NCBI GenBank assembly: GCA_944385325.1
Contig: CALWWT010000199.1
Coordinates: 1 to 32,562, forward strand
Source of the DNA: an uncultured Clostridia bacterium
Lineage (GTDB): Bacteria > Bacillota > Clostridia > Oscillospirales > Ruminococcaceae
Direction: 5' to 3'
Length of the DNA stretch: 32,562 nucleotides
The notes under the pieces: model-generated
Told to the model about the DNA's origin: nothing
What the model saw: only the letters and a program-made list of their open reading frames with translations
Database searches by the model: none
Shown here: piece by piece, positions 24,745 to 32,562 of the stretch
How the letters are laid out: each line of letters opens with the position of its first letter
Position numbering within the stretch: position 1 is the stretch's first letter
Made by a program: the position numbers and the translations under genes

Positions 24745-26643
24745 TCATTGCTGACTACCCGTGTCAGCTTTTTGGTGCGTCTCCAGTTCCCGCTGAAAAC
24801 GCTGATAGCACTCGATGTACAGTTCAATTCGCCCGCTGTCCAGTATCTTCCGAAGCTGCTCTGTCAGAACCGGGTCATCCAACAGGTCAACTACATACCC
24901 CGCATAACGGGTGTCATACCCATCCTGATACTCTTCTACCAGTTTTTCAAACGAAATACCGTCCGAATAACTGCGCCCGATATAATCGGTAGCCGCGTCC
25001 ATCGAATCCGCCACGGTGATCAAATCAGTGAGGACATCCAGCTTCGGATCCCGTACAAAATCCTCCGGCAGATCTGGATAACCTTTGGAGCCATCATAAA
25101 ACCTATGATGCATCAGTGCCGACTGGGCATACATCTCGGTCGCAGGGTCCCCTGAAAGCATCTGATAACCTCCAAGCGGATGGTTGCGGATAATTTCAAA
25201 CTCAGCATCAAACAAACGGCGGTTATAGACTGTTACCGTTTCCAGACACATCAGCTTGCCAATATCATGAAACAAGCCCGCATTCCGGACAGTCCTGCAA
25301 ATTTCTCCGGTACGGCTCAGGATTTCTTTCCGGTCACTGACTCCAACTATCCCTGCAAATCGTTCCGGCTGCCGTCTGACAAGTGCTTCCGCAAAAGCCG
25401 CGGCGATCTGCGCGACCATCTGGGAGTGGATATAAGTCGGTGCATGGCGCTGCATAACCAGACGGAGCGCAAGGTCTTTAAACGTCACATTGTCCAGATT
25501 GCTCAGACTGATCAGCACATCACAGATCGACCGTATCAGCGCCGGTTCACACCCGGCATTGGAAAACGCACGGGTATATTCAAGCAGCGAATTTACCAGC
25601 TCAGGTTCTGCCTGACGTCTGCTTTGCTGCAAGGACAGCGCAGTCTCCGGGTTGGCGCGGCGGGTCGCAAGCCAATAGTATTCGAGAATAATTGCCGGAA
25701 GAATCACATTTTCCCAAATTCCATTATCACTGTAATCGGTGACGCTCCGTCGGCTATACAGTTCCTGAAACCGGTCAAGCAGCTGATGAATGGTGATATC
25801 CCCTCTGTGATAATAACTGGTATACAGAGTATACACCCATCGAGGACTAACGAATCCGCCTTGTTTTTGCACATTGTACACATATTCCGAAGACGTTACA
25901 ATCCTGTCGATCAGCTGCTGATTTTCAACGCCTTCCCGAACAAATCCCAGTCCGGTGGTTCGGTTCTGGTGAAGTATCAGCAGATACTGCTCCCAGGGAA
26001 GTGTTGGAAAGCACTGCCGCAGCTCGGGATCGGAAATGTTTTCAATAATCTCCGTCAATATATCAGAATGCTTATTGGCAAGCGAAAGATGCTGAGAAAC
26101 ATTAAAATCAGCTGCACGGTTGGCGCAGCAGCGGATGATAAAATCCATCGTTTCCGGACGGCTGATCTCACGCCATCTTGGGAACCATTCGGCTCCTTCC
26201 CTGAAGTATTCATTTTCACTGTAAATGGTAAACTGACCCTCAATCACCGAGCTTTTCCGGTCGCGCATGTAATAATAATACCCGACACCGCAATAATACA
26301 GCTGCTGAATCAGCAGGTCAAGATCTCCCAGCCTGCGCGCATACTGCAGCAGAGCCAGATGCGTGCGGTAATTAACTTCACGGTCAAAGCTCTGGCTGGA
26401 GCTGAGCAGTGACTGGGCAAATGAGACAAACTCCGGAATATTTTCAGCCGGCTGCTGCTCGATTTTTTCCAGCGTTGGCAGAATTTCCTCCGAAAGAATC
26501 CGGATGTTTTCCCGGCAAAGCTTGTGAATCTGCTGCGTATTGGTGTGTAAAAAATCAACATACTGTTTTTTTGTCATCTGTCGGGACGGAAAAAAACTGA
26601 GTTTTTCAATCTGTTCAGTATTGTGTACATACGCTTCAAACAT
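24745..26643 (-). CDS. HD-GYP domain protein with a large uncharacterised helical N-terminal region
   Basis: 632 aa. The C-terminal region carries GLFHDIGK and ALMHHRFYDGSKGYPDLP, the HD and HHxxxDGxGYP motifs. Roughly 400 aa at the N-terminus have no motif I recognise. It ends 13 nt before the NYN-like gene. Confidence 0.75.
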   Translation of the reverse strand: MFEAYVHNTEQIEKLSFFPSRQMTKKQYVDFLHTNTQQIHKLCRENIRILSEEILPTLEKIEQQPAENIPEFVSFAQSLLSSSQSFDREVNYRTHLALLQYARRLGDLDLLIQQLYYCGVGYYYYMRDRKSSVIEGQFTIYSENEYFREGAEWFPRWREISRPETMDFIIRCCANRAADFNVSQHLSLANKHSDILTEIIENISDPELRQCFPTLPWEQYLLILHQNRTTGLGFVREGVENQQLIDRIVTSSEYVYNVQKQGGFVSPRWVYTLYTSYYHRGDITIHQLLDRFQELYSRRSVTDYSDNGIWENVILPAIILEYYWLATRRANPETALSLQQSRRQAEPELVNSLLEYTRAFSNAGCEPALIRSICDVLISLSNLDNVTFKDLALRLVMQRHAPTYIHSQMVAQIAAAFAEALVRRQPERFAGIVGVSDRKEILSRTGEICRTVRNAGLFHDIGKLMCLETVTVYNRRLFDAEFEIIRNHPLGGYQMLSGDPATEMYAQSALMHHRFYDGSKGYPDLPEDFVRDPKLDVLTDLITVADSMDAATDYIGRSYSDGISFEKLVEEYQDGYDTRYAGYVVDLLDDPVLTEQLRKILDSGRIELYIECYQRFQRELETHQKADTGSQQ

Positions 26644-26692
26644 TCACAAACGCTCCCTTCACCGCAAACCCCCATTGTCTGCGATCAAAAAT

Positions 26693-26722
26693 ATTATATC
26701 ATACCGGACAAGCGACTGTCCA
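26693..26722 (-). promoter_or_regulatory. candidate promoter of the HD-GYP/NYN-like operon
   Basis: The minus strand reads TGGACA (26722..26717), an 18-nt spacer, then TGaTATAAT (TATAAT at 26698..26693). Confidence 0.4.
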
Positions 26723-26756
26723 CAGAAAAATACAGTATTTTCGACAGTTTGTGAAA

Positions 26757-28073
26757 TTATTCATCCAATATTTTATGCGCTGTTTCAATATCCAGCTTTT
26801 CAACCGCCCGCAGCTGACGGTTGATTGCACGGGTCCTCACACCGATCAGCTTATCCAGATCATCCCCTGCCAGCTGAAGCCGTTTCTGAGTAGAAAGCAG
26901 TACCTCGGTAAACCGGTCAAATTCCGTCCGCACCGCGCCCAGCAACTGCCAGACTTCCTGCGAACGCTTTTGCAGTGCCAGTGTCCTGAATCCCATCTGC
27001 AAGGCGTTAAGCAGTGCCGCCATTGTACTCGGTCCGGCAACGCTGACGTTGTATTCCCGCTGGAGTGCTTCACACAACCCACGGTTCACCGCTTCCGCAT
27101 ACAACCCTTCGGTAGGGAGAAACATGATCCCAAAGGCAGTTGTGCTGGGCGGAGCGATATATTTATCCCGGATATCCTTTGCGAAAGCCCGCATTCTGCT
27201 TTCCAGCACCGCGCCGGCAGCTTTTACCTGCTGGGAATCGCCCGAATCTACAGCATCCTGAAGCTGTATATAAGCATCCATTGGGAATTTGGAGTCGACC
27301 GGCAGCAGCACAGCTCCTTCCTCACCAGGCAGGCGGATGGCAAACTCAACCCGGTTGCGGGAACCGGGTACCGTCGACACATCGGTAAGGTATTGTTCCG
27401 GCGAAAGGATTTCACCAAGGATAGCACCCAGCTGGATCTCTCCCAGGATACCGCGCGTCTTGACATTTCCCAGAATCTTTTTCAGGTCACCGACCCCAGT
27501 CGCCAGCGTCTGCATTTCACCCAGCCCACGGTAAACCTGCTCCAGACGGTCGCTCACCTGACGGAAGGATTCGGTCATCTTCTTTTCCAGCGCTGATTGC
27601 AGCTGTTCATCTACTGTAGCGCGAATTTGCCCCAGCTGCCGGGTATTTTCTTCCCGCAGTTCCCGAAGTGAACGTGCCGTTTCCTCCCGCATTGCTTCCA
27701 GCGTCCGCACATTCTCCGAAAGCCCGGAACGCAATGTATCGGTAAGCGATGCCTGCGAGGAATACAGCTGCCGTTCCATGGAAGCAATTCCAGCACTCTG
27801 GGCAGCTGAGGCGGTCTGCTGGCTGCCTGCAAGCAATTCTCCAAGCGACCGGACAGAATCGGTCAGCTGCAAGCCAAAATCTGCCCGAAGCTGTGCCGTA
27901 CTTGTTTCCAGTTTTTCCTGTACCTCTTCTGTCAGCTGTTCCAACGCAGCCCGGTTATTTCTGCGGCTGCGCGCGTTTGCCCTGGCATTTAAAACAGAAA
28001 CTGCCGTACCGGCTGCCGCAAGCAGCGCAGTCAAAATAAGCAAAAAAATGATCATCCCAGTTTGTCCGTCCAA
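26757..28073 (-). CDS. rmuC: DNA recombination protein RmuC
   Basis: 438 aa with an N-terminal TM helix, a long coiled coil and a C-terminal RmuC nuclease-like region (FAIRLPGE, LLPVDSKFPMDAY, APPSTTAFGIMFLPTEGLY). It has a TTG start with GAAAGGAAAG upstream. Confidence 0.85.
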   Translation of the reverse strand: MDGQTGMIIFLLILTALLAAAGTAVSVLNARANARSRRNNRAALEQLTEEVQEKLETSTAQLRADFGLQLTDSVRSLGELLAGSQQTASAAQSAGIASMERQLYSSQASLTDTLRSGLSENVRTLEAMREETARSLRELREENTRQLGQIRATVDEQLQSALEKKMTESFRQVSDRLEQVYRGLGEMQTLATGVGDLKKILGNVKTRGILGEIQLGAILGEILSPEQYLTDVSTVPGSRNRVEFAIRLPGEEGAVLLPVDSKFPMDAYIQLQDAVDSGDSQQVKAAGAVLESRMRAFAKDIRDKYIAPPSTTAFGIMFLPTEGLYAEAVNRGLCEALQREYNVSVAGPSTMAALLNALQMGFRTLALQKRSQEVWQLLGAVRTEFDRFTEVLLSTQKRLQLAGDDLDKLIGVRTRAINRQLRAVEKLDIETAHKILDE

Positions 28074-28097
28074 TTTACTTTCCTTTCTGGTCTATCC

Positions 28098-28126
28098 AAA
28101 AAAAGCAGGGGCGCGCGCACCCCTGC
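28098..28126 (-). terminator. terminator of the hydrolase, Mur ligase, ddl and small-gene operon
   Basis: GCAGGGG (28105..11) pairs with CCCCTGC (28120..26). On the minus strand it is followed by T7 (plus-strand A-run 28098..28104). Confidence 0.7.
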
Positions 28127-28187
28127 CCAGGCCTTTGAATACTGTATCGGCATCACCCGGCACGGAGTTCAAAGACCATTCTTGCCA

Positions 28188-28403
28188 TTATTTATGTACC
28201 CTGTCAAAACCGTTTTGCCGGAACAGTTCCGCCGCACGCTGAGAAAATTGCAGCGGATTGCGGCAGGTCTCGGCAAGCGCCGGCAGCTGCTGACGCACTT
28301 CAATAAAGCGCTGTTCCGCTTCCGGACTGTCCTCACCCAAAAACCAGCACTGGCTTGACCAGCTGTCAAACTTCAGATTGATGTTATAGGCTTTTTCAAC
28401 CAT
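28188..28403 (-). CDS. hypothetical 71-aa protein
   Basis: It has a strong SD (AAGGAGAA, 8-nt spacing) and sits 15 nt after the ddl stop. I recognise no motif in it. Confidence 0.5.
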   Translation of the reverse strand: MVEKAYNINLKFDSWSSQCWFLGEDSPEAEQRFIEVRQQLPALAETCRNPLQFSQRAAELFRQNGFDRVHK

Positions 28404-28418
28404 ACTGTTTTCTCCTTA

Positions 28419-29621
28419 TCAGAGTTTACTGCCTTTGGTGCCGCCGAAGCTGACACCGGACAGGATGTTAGTGTCAAAGGCATAACTGATCTCTGCCTGA
28501 TCGCGTTCCCGTTTGAGCGCAAACTGAATCATTCTGTCCAGCAATTCGGTATATTTTACCCCCATCGGCTCCCACAAATAGAAGGAAAGCGAACCAGGAA
28601 TGGTATTGATCTCATTGATCCAGATTTCTCTGGTTTCAGAATCCATCATAAAGTCGATACGGGATACGCCACAGCAATCCAGCGCCTGGAACGCCTTGAC
28701 AGCCGTCTGACGTACAAAATCTCGTTCCTCAGGGGTAATATCTGCCGGAATCTTACGGGACAGGCTTGCCATACCTTCACTGGCACCTTTGGCACCGGTT
28801 TTGCCGCCTTCCTTGCGCAGGTATTTTTCCTCATAGGTCAGGATACGGTCGCTGCTGACCGGTTCTTCACACTCAGAAGCCTCTGCCTCCTCATAGTCGC
28901 CCAGAATCGAGCAGTTGATCTCCTTAAGATTGGGAACAGCTCTTTCGACCAGCACCTTGTGCGCAAACTGGAAAGCGTACTCCATTGCGTCAGACAGTTC
29001 CTGACGGTCAAGCGCCTTGCGGATACCGACACTGGAACCGAGGTCGATCGGTTTGACGATAACCGGGTAGCCGATCTGAGCCTCCACCTGGTCGAGAAAC
29101 GCTTCCGGCGCTTCCATATAACGGCGATGCTCCGCACGCAGGCAGTCCAGTACCGGCAGCCCGGCTTCCTTCCAGACGCATTTCATCATGTACTTATCCA
29201 TGCCGAGCGCCGAAGAAAGCACATCGCATCCGACAAACGGAACACCCAGTGTTTTCAGATAGCCTTGTAATGCACCGTCCTCAACGTTGGTACCATGGAC
29301 GATCGGGAAGATGATGTCGATTGTTTCTTCCACGTTGTTTCCCAGCTTTTTGAGCGGATAATGCAGCAGCTGCACCCGACCCTCTGCCGGAACCATCAGC
29401 ACCTGCTGGCTCTTTTTGAGCAGCTGAGGGATGCCATCCCGATAACTTTCAATTTTGCCGACCTCTTCGCCGATATAAAACTCGTTTTTCTTAGTCATGT
29501 AGATCGGCACAACGTCATATTTTGACCGGTCAAGAGATGCCGCCGCCTGAAGCGCCGAAATGATCGATACTTCATGTTCAACGCTCTTTCCGCCAAACAG
29601 TACGCCCAGTTTTATTTTCAT
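28419..29621 (-). CDS. ddl: D-alanine--D-alanine ligase family ATP-grasp enzyme
   Basis: 400 aa. The N-terminus is KLGVLFGGKSVEHEVSIISA, followed by PIVHGTNVEDGALQGYL, the ATP-grasp core GYPVIVKPIDLGSSVGI and NEINTIPG. It is longer than the usual 300-370 aa. Confidence 0.85.
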   Translation of the reverse strand: MKIKLGVLFGGKSVEHEVSIISALQAAASLDRSKYDVVPIYMTKKNEFYIGEEVGKIESYRDGIPQLLKKSQQVLMVPAEGRVQLLHYPLKKLGNNVEETIDIIFPIVHGTNVEDGALQGYLKTLGVPFVGCDVLSSALGMDKYMMKCVWKEAGLPVLDCLRAEHRRYMEAPEAFLDQVEAQIGYPVIVKPIDLGSSVGIRKALDRQELSDAMEYAFQFAHKVLVERAVPNLKEINCSILGDYEEAEASECEEPVSSDRILTYEEKYLRKEGGKTGAKGASEGMASLSRKIPADITPEERDFVRQTAVKAFQALDCCGVSRIDFMMDSETREIWINEINTIPGSLSFYLWEPMGVKYTELLDRMIQFALKRERDQAEISYAFDTNILSGVSFGGTKGSKL

Positions 29622-29682
29622 AAGGTTTACCTTCTTTCATCAGATCTGTCTGTATTTGGTTGTTTACCCGTCCGGTAAATAT

Positions 29683-31245
29683 TCAAAAGTTATCCGGAAG
29701 ATCGTTTTCCAGCAAAACGATCTTCTGCACACCACCGGTGCGGAGATTTTCAACCGATTTGAGAGCCGCAGTCAGATCATGTTCAACAAAGATCTTTTCT
29801 TTTGGATAACCTTCATCCATCAGTCCCTGATAGATCGGTTCGGTCTGTTTTTCACCGACCAGCGCGACATAATCGCAGACCATTGCAGCCTGACGGCCAA
29901 ACTGACGGTTCAGTTCGACCTGTTTGGTGCCCAGTTCCACCATACCCGGCGTAACCAGAATCTTCACGCCGTCAAACCGGGACAGGGTATCCAGCGCCGC
30001 CTTTGCGCCGCTCGGATTGGAGTTATAAGCGTCGTCAATGGTCAGCGCATTCCGTCCCCGAATCAGCTGCAAACGGTGCGGAACGCTTTCCAGTGCCCGG
30101 ACCTGCGGGATCAGGTCACGCATCGGAACACCCAGCGTATTTGCAACTGCAATCGCACCGGTAATATTCAGCACGTTATGACTTCCAATCAGCGCGGTGG
30201 TAAAGGTATAATCTTCGCCATCACGGGAGACGGTAAAGGTCGAACCCTTCGCCGAAACGCTGATATTCCGTGCAACATAGTCACAGTCTTCCTTTTCAAT
30301 GCCGTAAGTAACTGCCTTCCGGTCAGGATTCTGCGAACGGATATATTCATTATCACCATTCAGGAAAACCGTTCCGTCCTGCGGCAGTGCATCCCGCAGT
30401 TCAAACTTGGTTTTAATAACATTGTCAACCGTCTTGAAACTCTCAAGATGCTGCGGACCAATCGAAGTAATAATACCATACCGCGGAGAAACAATATCAC
30501 ATATCTCTTTGATATCTCCAATATTCCGCGCACCCATTTCGCAGAGGAAAATCTCATGGGTCGGACGAAGTGAATTGCGGATAGTCTTGACAACGCCCAT
30601 CGTGGTATTATAGCTTTCCGGCGTCATCAGCACATTATACCGAGCTGAAAGCAGCTTGCGCAGAAAGAATTTAACGCTGGTTTTGCCATAACTTCCGGTA
30701 ATACCGACCACTTTCAGATTCGGAGAAGAATCGATCATCCGTTTCGCGTCGTTGATATACCAGTTATTGATCGACTTCTCAATCGGCTTATTCAGCCAGT
30801 TGGCAGCCAGCAGATAAAATCCCGAGACAAAATGTACCACCGGGAGCAGCACGCCAAAAGCCAGCGGCCATCTGTGCAGCAGTACAGCAGCCAGAATGGT
30901 CAATGCTGTCAAAACGCCGTCGGTTGCCAGCATACGTTTGACACGGGCAGTATAAACCAGCGGCTTTTTTGCCTTGCGCGGTCTGCCAAGGTAAGCGGTC
31001 AGCGCATACAAAAGAATTGACAGGATGATTCCGGCACGCCCACAGAAGCACAGCAGCGGCAGTGTAAAAATAACCCCCAGATTGCGTCCGACAAAAGCCG
31101 GCAGGAATTTATCCCGGTACCATACCCGCTGTTCATGCGGTTTATAGGAATTGAGCTGGAACATGTGAGTGTGATAAACCGTCAGCATCGCAAAGCTGCA
31201 AAGCCAGCTCACCAGCAGCAGAATAAATAAAATCCAGTCCAGCAT
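29683..31245 (-). CDS. MurF-like Mur ligase with a polytopic membrane N-terminal region replacing the usual N-terminal domain
   Basis: ORF 29683..31248 (GTG 31248 or ATG 31245, with GGAGG 7 nt upstream of the ATG). Residues 1 to about 150 form about 4-5 hydrophobic helices. The Mur ligase core follows: P-loop VVGITGSYGKTS, EMGARNIGDI, ITSIGPQHLE, DAYNSNP. Confidence 0.8.
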   Translation of the reverse strand: MLDWILFILLLVSWLCSFAMLTVYHTHMFQLNSYKPHEQRVWYRDKFLPAFVGRNLGVIFTLPLLCFCGRAGIILSILLYALTAYLGRPRKAKKPLVYTARVKRMLATDGVLTALTILAAVLLHRWPLAFGVLLPVVHFVSGFYLLAANWLNKPIEKSINNWYINDAKRMIDSSPNLKVVGITGSYGKTSVKFFLRKLLSARYNVLMTPESYNTTMGVVKTIRNSLRPTHEIFLCEMGARNIGDIKEICDIVSPRYGIITSIGPQHLESFKTVDNVIKTKFELRDALPQDGTVFLNGDNEYIRSQNPDRKAVTYGIEKEDCDYVARNISVSAKGSTFTVSRDGEDYTFTTALIGSHNVLNITGAIAVANTLGVPMRDLIPQVRALESVPHRLQLIRGRNALTIDDAYNSNPSGAKAALDTLSRFDGVKILVTPGMVELGTKQVELNRQFGRQAAMVCDYVALVGEKQTEPIYQGLMDEGYPKEKIFVEHDLTAALKSVENLRTGGVQKIVLLENDLPDNF

Positions 31246-32072
31246 CACTTTTCCTCCGTTCCCAGGTAGCTCGCCAGTACCCGCGAAACCAGTTCCCAGC
31301 TGTCAACAAAACAAAAATGACCGGCTCCGGGAACTTTCACAAGTGCTGCATCCGGCAGCAGCCGTTCCATCGTTTCGCCATCTGAAAGCGGTGTCGCGGT
31401 ATCCTTTTCGCCCCAGAGCAGCAAAGCCGGTACATGCACCGACGGCATTTTCGGCGTCATGTCGGTATTGACACAGCGCACCAGTGTCTGACGCATCATC
31501 GGAGAAGCGTTCAGATAGTCGGCGCTGCCATGACTGCGGCGAAGGTTTTCCAGTGCGTCCGGATAAAGCACCCGACAAAGCGGAAGTTCCAGAATCCAAC
31601 GGCAGATCTTATATTTCCGCTGGCGAAATTTCTGTTTTGCCGTCTTTTTAGGCAGGACGCCGGCAGCATCCATTAAAATCATCCGTGTAACGGTAAAGGG
31701 CAGTCCCTGTCTGGAAGCGATCTCAACCGACACACGGCCGCCATGAGAATGACCCATCAGGATGACTTTTTTCAGTCCCAGCGCAGCAATCAGTTCAATG
31801 ACAAAATCGGCAAATTCACCGACACCCCAAGGCTGAGACGGTTCCGCCGTTTCACCAAATCCCGGAAAATCCGCAGCCAGCACCGGAACAAAATGCGCCA
31901 TATGTTCCAAAAGCTTTGGATAGATCGAAATGCTGGTTCCCCAGCCCTGTAAAAACACCAGCGTTTCTCTGTCAGGATCAGGTCTGCCATCCGGGCAGCC
32001 CAGCATCGCATAATTGACAGAAAAACCCTCCACCTGTATCCTCTGCGTCTGCATCTGCATCCGCCTTTCCAT
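31245..32072 (-). CDS. alpha/beta-fold hydrolase
   Basis: 275 aa with the nucleophile elbow GHSHGG and the C-terminal segment GAGHFCF. The start is ambiguous (32072, 32060 or 32054). The stop overlaps the Mur ligase start. Confidence 0.8.
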   Translation of the reverse strand: MERRMQMQTQRIQVEGFSVNYAMLGCPDGRPDPDRETLVFLQGWGTSISIYPKLLEHMAHFVPVLAADFPGFGETAEPSQPWGVGEFADFVIELIAALGLKKVILMGHSHGGRVSVEIASRQGLPFTVTRMILMDAAGVLPKKTAKQKFRQRKYKICRWILELPLCRVLYPDALENLRRSHGSADYLNASPMMRQTLVRCVNTDMTPKMPSVHVPALLLWGEKDTATPLSDGETMERLLPDAALVKVPGAGHFCFVDSWELVSRVLASYLGTEEK

Positions 32073-32177
32073 CGTAGTCTATATCTAAATCAGTATAATG
32101 CAAATCAGTTATGATGTCAAGTTTACAGCACGCGCAAATACCATCAACATTTTCAGTATATTTTTGAGGTAATCCCG

Positions 32178-32206
32178 TTGACATCCGACTGCAACATGGA
32201 TATAAT
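32178..32206 (+). promoter_or_regulatory. consensus promoter of the GH2 gene
   Basis: TTGACA (32178..83), an exact 17-nt spacer, then TATAAT (32201..06). Confidence 0.6.
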
Positions 32207-32241
32207 AATACTGGCAACAGGCACAAAAAGGAGGCAAATAT

Positions 32242-32562
32242 TATGTATAATTATATAAAAGATTACCCACGTCCGCAGCTTCTCCGCAGCCAGTGGGAAA
32301 ACCTCAATGGGACATGGGATTTTGCTTTTGACGATGCCGGTACCGGTATTTCGGAAGGCTGGCAGAATGGTTTTACACCTCAGTATCAGATCACTGTCCC
32401 GTTTACATACGAAACCAAAATGAGCGGCATTGAAGACCCAAACCCACACAGCGGCGTATGGTATTCCCGAACCTTTACCGCCGTCAAAAACGGTAAACGG
32501 CTGCTGCTGCATTTTGAAGGAAGCGACTGGCATACCCAGGTATTTGTCAACGGACAGTTTGC
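32242..32562 (+). CDS. glycoside hydrolase family 2 protein, N-terminal part (continues beyond the window)
   Basis: ATG at 32242 has AAAGGAGG 8 nt upstream. The translation is MYNYIKDYPRPQLLRSQWENLNGTWDFAFDD, then VPFTYETKMSGI, VWYSRTF, LLLHFEGSDWHTQVFVNGQF. This is the typical GH2 sugar-binding domain start. It is not in the ORF track because it is open-ended. Confidence 0.7.

Noticed and set aside
26757-28073. rmuC as part of a defence island with the HD-GYP/NYN-like operon.
   Set aside because: RmuC is a widespread housekeeping gene. The downstream pair seems to have a separate promoter. There are no other defence hallmarks nearby, such as methylases, helicases or abortive-infection genes.

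Overview
32.6-kb chromosomal segment that looks like a Clostridia-class Firmicute, judged from a SCIFF peptide gene, a CIRCE operator, GGAGG-type ribosome binding sites, TTGACA-N17-TATAAT promoters and roughly 50% GC by eye. All calls rest on reading the sequence and ORF translations and on remembered family motifs; no database search was run. About 30 genes, mostly on the minus strand. Left to right: scfA (SCIFF, partial), a small membrane protein, yajC, nth, a MATE exporter, a DivIVA-like coiled-coil protein, a tandem PII-like protein plus a fused double-DUF1538 membrane protein, and a CofE-like protein. Next comes a decayed VanRS-like two-component system (truncated regulator, frameshifted kinase) beside a DUF4367 gene fragment. 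Then a BCCT transporter with a wHTH-LicC-LicA fusion (choline activation), a REC-HD-GYP-PAS-GGDEF protein, CIRCE-controlled hsp20, a flavodiiron protein, tRNA-Ala(GGC) and a marR plus heterodimeric ABC exporter operon. Finally an orphan amino-acid ABC ATPase, an HD-GYP plus NYN/PIN-like two-gene operon, rmuC, an operon of alpha/beta hydrolase, membrane-anchored Mur ligase, ddl and a small protein, and the start of a GH2 glycosidase. The most unusual signal is not a gene. It is an unannotated hairpin-rich element present three times (15225..15487, 17788..17894, 23315..23535) with compensatory stem changes and strand-specific G-U pairs. Its two full copies are each bracketed by a 38-39-nt duplication of the local terminator hairpin and lie just downstream of HD-GYP operons. 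No CRISPR array, IS, integrase, rRNA or prophage genes were seen.
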